Source of the DNA: Candidatus Nanoarchaeia archaeon | Lineage (GTDB): Archaea; Nanobdellota; Nanobdellia; Woesearchaeales; UBA525 | Length of the DNA stretch: 64,000 nucleotides | Assembly: GCA_028279755.1 (NCBI GenBank) | Contig: JANQNB010000018.1 | Location: 134,611-198,610, forward strand | Reading direction: 5' to 3' | In this document: positions 1-9,267 of the stretch, in pieces | Layout: each line of letters begins with the position of its first letter | How positions within the stretch are numbered: position 1 is the first letter of the stretch | Notes under the pieces: generated by a model | The model's input: the letters and a program-made list of their open reading frames with translations, nothing else | Databases searched by the model: none | Told to the model about the DNA's origin: nothing | Made by a program: the position numbers and the translations under genes

Positions 1-1344
1 TTCTGTCGCTCTTTCAGTGCCGACCACGCATGGGATGCCGAGCTCGCGCGAGATGATCGCTGCGTGGCAGGTGCGCCCGCCGCTGTTCGTGACAATCGCT
101 GCTGCTTTCTTCATGATCGGTTCCCAATCCGGATCAGTCATCTCAGTCACGAGCACCGCTCCCTCTTGGAAGCGGTGGATCTCCTTGACGTCAGTGATCA
201 CGTTCACATGGCCCTGGCCGATGCGCTTGCCGACGCTGTGGCCAGTCACGAGCACGTTCTTCTGGTCAGCTTTCAGGTGATAGGTCTTGTAGACATTCTT
301 GGCTTTCTGGCTGTGCACAGTCTCAGGCCGTGCCTGCACGATGAACAGGTCGTTGGTCTTGCCGTCTTTCGCCCATTCCATGTCCATGGGCTTGAACTTC
401 CCGGCTTTCTTGCTGTAATGGTTCTCGATGATGACAGCCCACTGCGCCAAGGTGATGACTTCGTCGTCGCTGAGGCAGAACTTCTTCTGGTCTTCTGGCG
501 AGACCGGCACGTTCTTGGTCGCCTTATTGCCGTGCTCGTCGTAGATCATGCGCTTTTCCTTAGAACCGACTTCCTTGCTGATGATCGGGCGCGCACCCTG
601 CGACAGCGTGGGCTTGAACACGTAGTACTCGTCAGGGTTGACCGCGCCTTGGACCACGTTCTCGCCAAGGCCGTACGCGGCTGTGATGAAGACCGCGTTC
701 TCGAACCCGGATTCGGTGTCGATGCTGAACATGACGCCGCTCGTGGCGAGATCAGAGCGGACCATCTTCTGGACCCCGATCGAAAGCCCGATGCTGAAAT
801 GGTCGAAGCCCTTGTCCTGGCGATAGCTGATGGCGCGGTTCGTGAACAATGAGGCGAAGCATTTCTTGCACGCTTCGATGATCGCGTCGTCGCCATGCAC
901 ATTCAGGTAGGTCTCTTGCTGGCCGGCGAAGCTCGCGTCTGGCAAGTCTTCTGCAGTGGCGCTGCTTCTCACCGCGACATCGGTGTTCTCGCCGTATTCT
1001 TTGCACATGGCCTGATAGCCTTCAAGGATGGCATCCCTGAGTTCTGGCGGGAATTCCAGGCCTTTGATCAATTTCCGCACCTTATCGCCGCGCTCAGCGA
1101 GATTGTTCATGTCATGCGTGTTCAGGTCGCTGAGGATCTCTTTGATCCGGTCCATGGCGTTGTTCTTCTCGAGCAGATAGCGGTAGGCGTGCGCGGTAAC
1201 GGCGAAACCGTTCGGCACCTTCACGCCCTGCGCTGCCAGCTCGCTGTACATCTCGCCCAGGGAGGCATTCTTGCCACCGACTAAGGGCACATCCTCATTC
1301 CTCAATTGATCAAACCAGAGAATAAACGCTTGTGATTTGTCCAT
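1..1344 (-). CDS. ppsA: Phosphoenolpyruvate synthase (3' end outside window)
   Basis: Not in the ORF track as such. Minus-strand translation from ATG at 1344: MDKSQAFILWFDQLRNEDVPLVGGKNASLGEM; VRSSATAEDLPDASFAGQQET; phospho-His motif GGRTCHAAIISRELGIP near position 1. GAGGTG RBS upstream. Confidence 0.95.
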   Translation of the reverse strand, partial: MDKSQAFILWFDQLRNEDVPLVGGKNASLGEMYSELAAQGVKVPNGFAVTAHAYRYLLEKNNAMDRIKEILSDLNTHDMNNLAERGDKVRKLIKGLEFPPELRDAILEGYQAMCKEYGENTDVAVRSSATAEDLPDASFAGQQETYLNVHGDDAIIEACKKCFASLFTNRAISYRQDKGFDHFSIGLSIGVQKMVRSDLATSGVMFSIDTESGFENAVFITAAYGLGENVVQGAVNPDEYYVFKPTLSQGARPIISKEVGSKEKRMIYDEHGNKATKNVPVSPEDQKKFCLSDDEVITLAQWAVIIENHYSKKAGKFKPMDMEWAKDGKTNDLFIVQARPETVHSQKAKNVYKTYHLKADQKNVLVTGHSVGKRIGQGHVNVITDVKEIHRFQEGAVLVTEMTDPDWEPIMKKAAAIVTNSGGRTCHAAIISRELGIPCVVGTERATE

Positions 1345-1460
1345 ACGACACCCACCTCTTCTTGAGTAGGCTGCCCGTCTGAGAATATATAAAGGTTTCG
1401 TTGGGAAAATGGTGTTTTCCATTAAAAAGACTTAAAAAACTCAAGAATAAGTGGCTACTC

Positions 1461-2078
1461 ATGCCTCGCGCCCAAGCAGCTCTGGAATTTCTCGTCACCT
1501 ATGGCTGGGCGATCCTGGTCGTGCTGGTGATGATCGGCGCTCTGGCGTATTTCGGCGTGATTGATGCGAAGCGATTTATCCCCCAGAAATGCATGGTGAG
1601 TCAAGGTTTTTCATGCACAGATTACTACTTATCAAAGTGGGATGGTGGAGTCAATCAATGCGAGGTGAGCTTCATCCTCAAGAACAATATGGGCAGGCCT
1701 ATCAGGATCCTGGCGAACAGCACGAACATCACCTGCGACAACTGCGAATACCATCCTGATATTCAATATTGGAGGAATTGCGGGCATTGGCGCTTGCAGG
1801 ACACGACCCTTGTCGCTGTCAATCACGGAAATGATGCTGTTATCGGCACTGATGAGACCTTTATCCTCGAATGCAACTCAGGAGATGTCTATTACATTGA
1901 TTTTGACACTGTGGGTCATAAGGAACGCGTGCGTTTCACTTTTGACTATGCATTGCTCGACAGTAACTTCCCGCACCGGGTCGAGGGCGAGATTCTCGCG
2001 ACAGTCCAGGAACAGAAATGCGGGATGCGCCGGTGTGTCTATCCGCCCGGTGATCCAACCGGGGATACGACATGTTGA
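1461..2078 (+). CDS. Class III signal peptide (archaeal pilin-like) secreted protein, Cys-rich
   Basis: MPRAQAALEFLVTYGWAILVVLVMIGALAYFG: (K/R)AQ cleavage motif, Glu at +5 and a hydrophobic helix. Confidence 0.8.
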   Translation: MPRAQAALEFLVTYGWAILVVLVMIGALAYFGVIDAKRFIPQKCMVSQGFSCTDYYLSKWDGGVNQCEVSFILKNNMGRPIRILANSTNITCDNCEYHPDIQYWRNCGHWRLQDTTLVAVNHGNDAVIGTDETFILECNSGDVYYIDFDTVGHKERVRFTFDYALLDSNFPHRVEGEILATVQEQKCGMRRCVYPPGDPTGDTTC

Positions 2079-2104
2079 AAGAGAAAAAAGAATTCTGAAA
2101 AGGT

Positions 2105-4144
2105 TTACCCGAGCCAGCTGCCCACAGCGAGGAAGACCGGCACGAAGACAAGCGCGACGATGGTCATGAGCTTGAGCAGGATGTTCAAGCTTGGCCCCGA
2201 CGTGTCCTTGAACGGGTCGCCGACCGTGTCGCCTGTCACGGCTGCTTTGTGCGCTTCGCTGCCCTTGCCGCCGTGCTTGCCAGTCTCGATGTACTTCTTC
2301 GCGTTGTCCCACGCGCCGCCGGCATTGGCCATCATCAGAGCGAGCATCACGCCGCTTGCGAGCGCGCCGGCGAGCATGCCGCCAAGCGCCTGGATGCCGA
2401 GCACGAGGCCGACCACGACTGGTGCGATCACCGCCAGGAGTCCTGGCAGGATCATCTGCTTCAGCGCGCCGGTGGTTGCGATGTCCACGCACTTTGCGTA
2501 GTCAGCTTTGGCTTTGCCTTTCATCAGGCCCTTGATCGTGCGGAACTGTCGTCGCACTTCCTCGATCATGTCAAAGGCTGCGCGGCCCACCGCTTTCATG
2601 CTCATGGCACTGAACAGGAAGGGAAGCATGCCGCCGATGAGGAGTCCGATGATGACGAGCGGTTCGGTCAGGCTGATCATCGTGAGCCCGGCTTGCTGCG
2701 CGAACGCAGTAAAGAGGGCCAAGGCCGTCAGTGCCGCGCTGCCGATAGCAAAACCCTTGCCGATAGCAGCAGTCGTGTTGCCAGCGCTGTCAAGCGCGTC
2801 AGTGCGCTTCCTGATCCGCGGACCAAGCTCTGCCATCTCTGCGATGCCGCCAGCATTGTCTGCCACAGGGCCATACGCGTCCACTGCCAGGCTGATGCCA
2901 AGCGTGCTGAGCATACCAACGGCTGCGATGGCGATGCCGTAGAGGCCGCCAGTATAGTACGCGACGCCGATAGCAGCGACGAGCACGAGGACTGGCCAGC
3001 CAGTGCTGCGCATGCCAACAGCGAGGCCTTCGATGATGTTCGTGGCTGCGCCGGTCAGGCTCGACTTGCTGATCTGCTTGGTCGGGCCGTAGTGATAGCT
3101 TGTGTAATACTCGGTCAGGAGACCGATCACCACGCCTGCGACAAGCCCGGAGAGCATGGCCCAGAACAGCGCGAGGCTGCTGAAATAATAGTTGGCCAGG
3201 AAGTAGGTGCCGATCGCGACCAGCACGCTCGCGACGATCACTCCCGAGTGCAAGGCCCAGTTGATCCGCTTGTCGTTGTTCGTGCGCACGAAGAACGTGC
3301 CGATGACGCTTGCGACAATGCCGAGGCCCGCAATCACGAGCGGGAAGAGGATGCCCTTCATGCCGAACGCGACCACGCCGAGGAGCATGGCGCTGATCAG
3401 ACTGCCCACGTAGCTCTCGAACAGGTCAGCGCCCATGCCTGCAACGTCGCCGACATTGTCGCCGACATTGTCTGCGATCGTCGCCGGATTTCTCGGATCG
3501 TCTTCCGGGATGCCTGCTTCCACCTTGCCCACAAGGTCAGCGCCGACATCAGCAGCTTTCGTGTAGATGCCACCGCCGACACGAGCGAAGAGCGCGATGG
3601 ATGATGCGCCGAAGCTGAAGCCCAGGATGAGTTCCAACGCTGCAGTGTCTGCTTCCACGCCAAAGGCGAGGAAGAGGATAAGCAAGCCGAGAAGGCCGAG
3701 GCCGACGACCGCGAGACCCATCACGCTGCCGCTCTTGAACGCGACGTTGAGCGCGCTGTTCAGATTTTTCCTCGCTGCTTGCGTCGTTCTGACAGCGGCG
3801 TGCGTGGCGATGCGCATGCCGATGTTGCCGGCGATAGCGCTTGCCAAGGCGCCGACGATGAACGCGATCGCCGTGGCTGGGAAGGGCGTGGTCGTGCCCA
3901 GGAAGACCAGGCCGGTTCGCGCGTCGACCGTGAGCCATAAAATAATGGCGACGATCAGCACGAACGCTGAGAGAATGTAGTATTCCCGTCGCAAAAAGGC
4001 CATCGCGCCTTCGCGGATATAGCCTGCGATTTCCTGCATGCGTTCAGTGCCTGCTTTCTGTTTTTTCACGTTGTTCGCCAAGAAGGCGCAATAAATCAGT
4101 CCGAGGACTGCAATCACAATCAAACCGTAGATCGTCAATATCAT
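2105..4144 (-). CDS. hppA: Membrane-bound Na+/H+-translocating pyrophosphatase, K+-dependent type
   Basis: [39 protein letters not shown] and [20 protein letters not shown] (Ala, not Lys) indicates K+ dependence. Confidence 0.97.
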   Translation of the reverse strand: MILTIYGLIVIAVLGLIYCAFLANNVKKQKAGTERMQEIAGYIREGAMAFLRREYYILSAFVLIVAIILWLTVDARTGLVFLGTTTPFPATAIAFIVGALASAIAGNIGMRIATHAAVRTTQAARKNLNSALNVAFKSGSVMGLAVVGLGLLGLLILFLAFGVEADTAALELILGFSFGASSIALFARVGGGIYTKAADVGADLVGKVEAGIPEDDPRNPATIADNVGDNVGDVAGMGADLFESYVGSLISAMLLGVVAFGMKGILFPLVIAGLGIVASVIGTFFVRTNNDKRINWALHSGVIVASVLVAIGTYFLANYYFSSLALFWAMLSGLVAGVVIGLLTEYYTSYHYGPTKQISKSSLTGAATNIIEGLAVGMRSTGWPVLVLVAAIGVAYYTGGLYGIAIAAVGMLSTLGISLAVDAYGPVADNAGGIAEMAELGPRIRKRTDALDSAGNTTAAIGKGFAIGSAALTALALFTAFAQQAGLTMISLTEPLVIIGLLIGGMLPFLFSAMSMKAVGRAAFDMIEEVRRQFRTIKGLMKGKAKADYAKCVDIATTGALKQMILPGLLAVIAPVVVGLVLGIQALGGMLAGALASGVMLALMMANAGGAWDNAKKYIETGKHGGKGSEAHKAAVTGDTVGDPFKDTSGPSLNILLKLMTIVALVFVPVFLAVGSWLG

Positions 4145-4253
4145 TCAACTCCCTCCGCTATCCCCTAAGGATTCTGGGCACAGCGAGCCGGAGCTCTATA
4201 TAAAGATTACTGTCGCTGAGTGGGGAAGATGATGTTACTGGATGATCCACGCC

Positions 4254-4805
4254 TTACTTGTAGGTTTCAGGGATCTCTTGACAGGCCTTTTCCAGCTGAG
4301 ACACGCGGTCCTGAAGCATGGTTCGAGATTTCTCTAGAGACGCAACAGTCTGCGTATGCGTTCCTTCTATGTCCGAGAAGAGCTGTTTCTCGATGTACGT
4401 TCGAGCGAAAGTAGGAGCCAGATGTTCTATATATGGTCCTGTACTGGTTGTATGGGGTCGGATTGTTATTTTTGTAGTGGCTTGCAATGGTGAGCACAAC
4501 ATGACTTGGCCCACTGCAATCAAATCAAATTCTTGACCATTCTCGGGAAGATAGGAGAATTCAAAAGCATCCACGCCACTGATTTTTGAGTATCGCCCGA
4601 CAATTGTAGCTTCATTATTACTGATCAGATCTTTATCTCTAAGATCGCTGGCATCAATGGAGGAGTCTTGTTCCCTGCCCAGTTCCACGACTGTATCGTA
4701 GATGTCTTTGGCACTATTGAGTTGAGCAATCCAGTCTGTTGCGAACTCTTTCGCCAATTTTTCCGCTTTGTTTAGGACTTGTTCGCGAATCATGAGCTCA
4801 CCCAC
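4254..4805 (-). CDS. Hypothetical protein
   Basis: 183-aa ORF overlapping the upstream gene in an AT-richer three-gene run; no recognisable motif. Confidence 0.6.
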   Translation of the reverse strand: MGELMIREQVLNKAEKLAKEFATDWIAQLNSAKDIYDTVVELGREQDSSIDASDLRDKDLISNNEATIVGRYSKISGVDAFEFSYLPENGQEFDLIAVGQVMLCSPLQATTKITIRPHTTSTGPYIEHLAPTFARTYIEKQLFSDIEGTHTQTVASLEKSRTMLQDRVSQLEKACQEIPETYK

Positions 4806-5277
4806 CGACTTTGTCCAGGGTCTGTTGGCACAGGGACCTGTATGCCAGCTGGTCTATGCTTCCCCTGGGTGTTGTTCTGCTCATTGACGTAACCTGCACG
4901 CTCGCTTCTTCAATGGCTCCACAAGCGCTATGTGTACTGACCGTCACTTTATGCTGCAGAGCATCACCCAACCATTCACCGTCTACTGGATCTTCTCCGA
5001 AGTAATGTTCGATAGTGTATCCATTATATTTCTCTTGGAGTATGATTCCGAATTGTTCTTCGACTTCCGGATCTCCAGGAATGCGGTACTTGTCGGGAAA
5101 TGCTTTCTCGCTCACTTTCACCGCTATGTAGCTCTCCCGCGCCCTTGTGTGCTCTTCAGGAACTCTGAAGCCGCCGTAGTATACGTTGCCTTGTGCAAGA
5201 TCCCACTTGACTATTCTGTTATCCCAATTCTTCCCTTTTTTCAGCGAACCAATGATACGTTCTGTGAGGTTCTTCAT
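4798..5277 (-). CDS. Hypothetical protein, possible distant paralog of 5328..5819
   Basis: Start MKNLTERII after a purine-rich RBS; C-terminal DQLAYRSLCQQTL. Confidence 0.65.
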   Translation of the reverse strand: MKNLTERIIGSLKKGKNWDNRIVKWDLAQGNVYYGGFRVPEEHTRARESYIAVKVSEKAFPDKYRIPGDPEVEEQFGIILQEKYNGYTIEHYFGEDPVDGEWLGDALQHKVTVSTHSACGAIEEASVQVTSMSRTTPRGSIDQLAYRSLCQQTLDKVGG

Positions 5278-5327
5278 TGTTGTACCACCATCCTCGCCTT
5301 CTCTTGTGTATCCGAACATCTCAGCAC

Positions 5328-5819
5328 CTACCATCGTAATGTCGCTAACTGTACTGTATGTAAGACATCACGGCATAGACTGGAGTAGTTTCTCTGATCC
5401 CTTGGATTGTCAAGTCCTGTTCTGAAATCACTGGATTTGATACCTCGTCCATAGGATGGGCCTTCCAGAGAAGGATTTGCACCCTCATCATACCCATTTT
5501 CAATTTTACTCTTGTACATGACCTTTCCTTTCCATTCTCCATCAATTTTGAGTTCAAAGCATCTTTTCGTGCGTTCTAAGGAGTCTGTTTTTTCCTTTGT
5601 AATAATCTCAAGCATCGGTTTCCCGACAAGATTTGGGTGTTGTGAGGTTGAGCCGGCTGATCCGTCCTCTTTATAGTGAACACTTATCGAACCCTGGTCT
5701 GATGGTACTTCGAGCAGATAACCAAATCCTTGTTCTGGATGATCTTCATCAAGAGCTGTTTTTTCTCCATATTGGATAGCCAAGTCAACAAGGCGTTCTA
5801 CGAGGTTTTTTGTTCCCAT
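5328..5819 (-). CDS. Hypothetical protein
   Basis: 163-aa ORF, MGTKNLVERLV...DQRNYSSLCRDVL; divergent from the Lrp gene. Confidence 0.65.
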   Translation of the reverse strand: MGTKNLVERLVDLAIQYGEKTALDEDHPEQGFGYLLEVPSDQGSISVHYKEDGSAGSTSQHPNLVGKPMLEIITKEKTDSLERTKRCFELKIDGEWKGKVMYKSKIENGYDEGANPSLEGPSYGRGIKSSDFRTGLDNPRDQRNYSSLCRDVLHTVQLATLRW

Positions 5820-5944
5820 GGTTCTGTCCCCATTCTTTGCTACTTTATAGTGGTCATAATATGTTTTGATGTATAATAATATATATTGTCAATTTTTTTG
5901 TCAAATATCGGAATATTTATATAATTCAAGAAAAATCTGAACCT

Positions 5945-6898
5945 ATGCGGCTTGATCTCAAAGACAAAAAGCTCCTCTTTGAACTCAGCAAGAACTCACG
6001 ACTGCCCTACACGAAACTAGGGCGCCTCACCAGAATGTCGAAACAAGTCGTGGAATACCGCATCAAACGGCTTCAGGAAGCGGGGATCATCCTCGGCTAC
6101 CTGACAGAGCTCAATTTCTCAGCCTATGGCCAACCAATAGTAGGCAGGGTCTACATGCAACTCCATAAGCTCGGTAGCAGGCGGGAACAACGCATCACAG
6201 CGCACCTGCACAACTTCGAGGAATGGAGCTTCTACGAGCGTTTAGACGGCCGATACGATCTCAACATCGCGATCATGGCAAGCACGCTGCAGGAATTCCA
6301 ACGAAAAGCCGACATGATTACGAAAGCCTTTCGCTCTGAAATCAGGGAAGAACATATCGTCATCCGCTACCAAGCATATCAATATGACTTCAAAGTCTTG
6401 CTGAACAGCAAGCAATCAGGAGAGTCCGCCATCGTCGATGAACGGCCTCCTGTGGCCTTGGATGAACTCGATGAAGCCATCCTGAAACAGCTCGTCAACA
6501 ATGCACGCATGGAAACCACGGAAATTGCGCATCGTCTCGATAAACCGTATGCAACTGTGCATGGGAGAATCCAACGTCTGATCTCCAAGGAAGTCATCAA
6601 ACGTTTCACAGTAGCGCTTGACTGGGAAAAAATGGGCTATCTCACAACGAGATTCCTCATCAACTTCGTGCATGTAGAGAATCATGAAGAGTTCCGGCAT
6701 TTCTGCCGAAATCATCCTAACATCACCTATCTTGTTTTTGCATTAGGAGCATGGAATGCAGAAATATATACCTGCTTCCCTTCAGTCAAAGCCTATCGCG
6801 CGTTTCGAGCAGAACTCAGGAACAAGTTCGGAAAACACATACGAAACATCGAGATGGTGGATGCGCTTTCCGCCCATCCTGCACAAGAGTTTTCGTGA
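5945..6898 (+). CDS. Lrp/AsnC family transcriptional regulator, tandem double domain
   Basis: Two repeats of HTH plus RAM: LDLKDKKLLFELSKNSRLPYTKLG...VEYRIKRL and LDELDEAILKQLVNNARMETTEIA...VHGRIQRL. Confidence 0.9.
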   Translation: MRLDLKDKKLLFELSKNSRLPYTKLGRLTRMSKQVVEYRIKRLQEAGIILGYLTELNFSAYGQPIVGRVYMQLHKLGSRREQRITAHLHNFEEWSFYERLDGRYDLNIAIMASTLQEFQRKADMITKAFRSEIREEHIVIRYQAYQYDFKVLLNSKQSGESAIVDERPPVALDELDEAILKQLVNNARMETTEIAHRLDKPYATVHGRIQRLISKEVIKRFTVALDWEKMGYLTTRFLINFVHVENHEEFRHFCRNHPNITYLVFALGAWNAEIYTCFPSVKAYRAFRAELRNKFGKHIRNIEMVDALSAHPAQEFS

Positions 6899-6974
6899 AT
6901 GCCTCGCAAGGACACAGTTCTTGTGACCACATTCTTTTCATAAAGTATATATGTGTGTCCACATTCCTCGTCCT

Positions 6975-8621
6975 ATGCCTTTCATCGAGAAACAAGTCAA
7001 GGGCAAGAAGGAGTATTACTATCTCACAAAGACCTCGAGAACAGGTGCAGGCTTCAAGAAAGAGCGAGTACGCTTGTCAGGCCCGAACCCTTCGAAAGCA
7101 GAACTGCGCGAGAAAAGCCAGCAATTGCGGAAACCGTTTTCTGTCCAACGGATCAGTGATTCCCGGATTCCGAACAAGAAGATGATCTGGGAGCGACCCT
7201 GCTATCCATTCTTGGTCTGGTGCGCTGCCGAGGCGCTTGTCGCACCCCAGAAAGAAGAGTTTGGCCATAGCTGGGGCCACACGCAAGGCTTTTTCCAGAA
7301 CGGTATGGTCAAATATGTCTGGGATCGAAAACACATGATCAAGTCCGGCATCCACATCATCAACAATCTGCTCGAGGAGGAGTATTTCAAGACCAAGAAG
7401 AAGCGACACGATGATGCATTGCAGAGATTGAAGCGAACCTACAAGCGATTCCCAGAACTCGCGCGTCTGAGCGACAGGGAACTCTGCAAAGAACAGCTGG
7501 CATTCTACGCAACCTTCATGGAGTGGTGGGGCAAAAGCCAGGTTGCCGAATGCATCGCTCTTGGTGCTGAATACCTTCTCGGCGCAGAAGTCGATGAGAA
7601 TACGGTGAGCATCATCACAACGCCTTCCGAGAAGTCATACTCCACAATAGAAGAGGAAGAGTTGCTCGCAATAGCTGATGAGATCATGAAAGATCAACGA
7701 CTGCGATCGATGTTCGAGAAAGAGACCGTTACTCTCAAGAGCTTTCCAGCACTGCGCACACGACTGGAAAGACATGTTCAGGACTATTACTGGCTGCAAA
7801 ACAATTACGCAACAATCACCTATTGTGATATACAGTACTTCATCCAGGAGATCAAGAAGATCCTGGCACAGAAGAAAGCGCCCAGGAAAATCATCCAGGA
7901 CATGAACTCCCGGTTGGACCGGATCAGAAAAGAGAAAAAAGAAATGATTGCAAAGCTCGACCTTCCGGACGAGTATCTCGGCTTGCTGAGACTGGTCGAC
8001 TACTACAGTGCTCTCCAAGACATGAGAAAAGCGATCTCTATAGAGGGGAATTACTATACATATCGGTTCATTGAAGAACTTTCGAGACGTACCGGAATCA
8101 ACAGCAATCTGCTCCTGTTCATCTCACCCTTCGAATACGCTGACATACTGAAGGGAAGCTTTGATGTCTCAGAGCTGACAAGAAGAAAGACCGGATGCGT
8201 CATGATCATCACTGAGCGATTCGTGCACATGCATACTGGAGAGAAATATGAGAACGCGTACAAGAAAATACGCGGTCCAGAGACGAGTGAGATCACAGAA
8301 TTCGAAGGAAAACGAGCAGAAGGAGGCACAGTCACCGGCAGAGCCAAAATCGTCCTCGACCCCAGGAACGCGCCAGCATTCAAAGACGGAGACATCCTGG
8401 TCACGACAATGACCAGCCCTGATTTCCTCACCTTCATGAAAAAATCAAAAGCCATCATCACCGACGAAGGCGGCATCACCTGCCACGCAGCGATCATCTC
8501 ACGCGAACTCGGCATTCCGTGCATTATCGGAACCAAGATCGCAACTGAAGTTCTGAAAGATAACGATTTCATTGAAGTCAACGCGAACCACGGCCTCGTG
8601 CGCATTGTGTCGAGAGCATAA
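6975..8621 (+). CDS. PEP-utilizing enzyme mobile (phospho-His swivel) domain protein without ATP-grasp
   Basis: C-terminal GDILVTTMTSPDF...DEGGITCHAAIISRELGIPCIIGT; helical middle region; short basic N-terminal domain. Confidence 0.85.
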   Translation: MPFIEKQVKGKKEYYYLTKTSRTGAGFKKERVRLSGPNPSKAELREKSQQLRKPFSVQRISDSRIPNKKMIWERPCYPFLVWCAAEALVAPQKEEFGHSWGHTQGFFQNGMVKYVWDRKHMIKSGIHIINNLLEEEYFKTKKKRHDDALQRLKRTYKRFPELARLSDRELCKEQLAFYATFMEWWGKSQVAECIALGAEYLLGAEVDENTVSIITTPSEKSYSTIEEEELLAIADEIMKDQRLRSMFEKETVTLKSFPALRTRLERHVQDYYWLQNNYATITYCDIQYFIQEIKKILAQKKAPRKIIQDMNSRLDRIRKEKKEMIAKLDLPDEYLGLLRLVDYYSALQDMRKAISIEGNYYTYRFIEELSRRTGINSNLLLFISPFEYADILKGSFDVSELTRRKTGCVMIITERFVHMHTGEKYENAYKKIRGPETSEITEFEGKRAEGGTVTGRAKIVLDPRNAPAFKDGDILVTTMTSPDFLTFMKKSKAIITDEGGITCHAAIISRELGIPCIIGTKIATEVLKDNDFIEVNANHGLVRIVSRA

Positions 8622-8655
8622 CGTTTAAAAACAGCTTCTTGTTCGCGTAGCGCAG

Positions 8656-8752
8656 GCCCCTGTAGTGTAGTCCGGCCAATCATACCGCCCTCTCGAGGTC
8701 GCTTCGGCGCCAGAGCAAGGCGGTGACTCGGGTTCGAATCCCGGCGGGGGCA
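8656..8752 (+). tRNA. tRNA-Glu(CTC) with 22-nt intron at 37/38 (8696..8717)
   Basis: Acceptor GCCCCTG/CGGGGGC-A; anticodon stem CCGCC/GGCGG; GGTTCGAATCC T-loop; BHB (CGA bulge, CTCT/AGAG helix, CAA bulge). Confidence 0.93.
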
Positions 8753-8816
8753 TCGAGTGTAACGAGATGCACTCGCCGGTCCCGAAAGCTCTGCTTGAGG
8801 ATATCGGCGGGGGCAT
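8753..8816 (+). repeat. tRNA 3' trailer: GA-hairpin, inverted copy, GA-hairpin, direct copy of the tRNA 3' end
   Basis: CGGCGGGGGCAT at 8742..8753 recurs at 8805..8816. GATGCACTCGCCGG between them is complementary to the tRNA 3' strand. Confidence 0.85.
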
Positions 8817-8840
8817 TACACTTTTTCTGATATCGAAAGG

Positions 8841-9206
8841 CTATTTATCGCATTTATCGCAGATGCCTTTCACTTCAAGCTGGAAGCTTGTGATGCTTCC
8901 TGGTATCTTGTTCTTCAAGAAATCGATATTATCGATGTCGAAGTGGATAACTTTTCCTGTCTTCTCACATTCGAAATGGCAGTGGCTTCGCTTGCCTTTT
9001 GAGTAGACGCTCTTTCTGTTGCAGGTATATGTATGTAACTCTCCATTCTTCACCGCCTCTGCAAGGTAGCGGTAGATAGTCGCCATCCCGATGTTTTGGA
9101 GTGTACTTCGTGCATGGAGGTCTGCCGCGCTGAAGAAGGAGGTAGTCTTCTCCACTTCTTGTCGAATCAGCTCTTTCTGTTTTGTCGCTCTGCTAGCCCG
9201 CACCAT
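8841..9206 (-). CDS. Fur/Zur family transcriptional repressor
   Basis: TKQK...FFSAADLH...IGMATIYRYL; HCHFECEKTG and C-terminal KGICDKC. Confidence 0.9.
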   Translation of the reverse strand: MVRASRATKQKELIRQEVEKTTSFFSAADLHARSTLQNIGMATIYRYLAEAVKNGELHTYTCNRKSVYSKGKRSHCHFECEKTGKVIHFDIDNIDFLKNKIPGSITSFQLEVKGICDKCDK

Positions 9207-9240
9207 AATGAGAACGAGAATCAATAAGATATATAAATAT
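9207..9240. promoter_or_regulatory. Candidate Fur/Zur operator half-site plus TATA box between the divergent fur and COG0523 genes
   Basis: GAGAATCAATAAGATATATAA (9216..9236) matches 10631..10651 at 20 of 21 bp. Confidence 0.6.
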
Positions 9241-9267
9241 TATGGAAAGCCGGAAGATTTGATACTC

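Noticed and set aside
2249-3604. 451-aa plus-strand ORF and similar long shadow ORFs (35355..36821, 29651..31972, 40729..41682, 62653..63699)
   Set aside because: They are antisense to hppA, gdhA, smc, the PEP-domain gene and topA; a by-product of codon bias, with no motifs.
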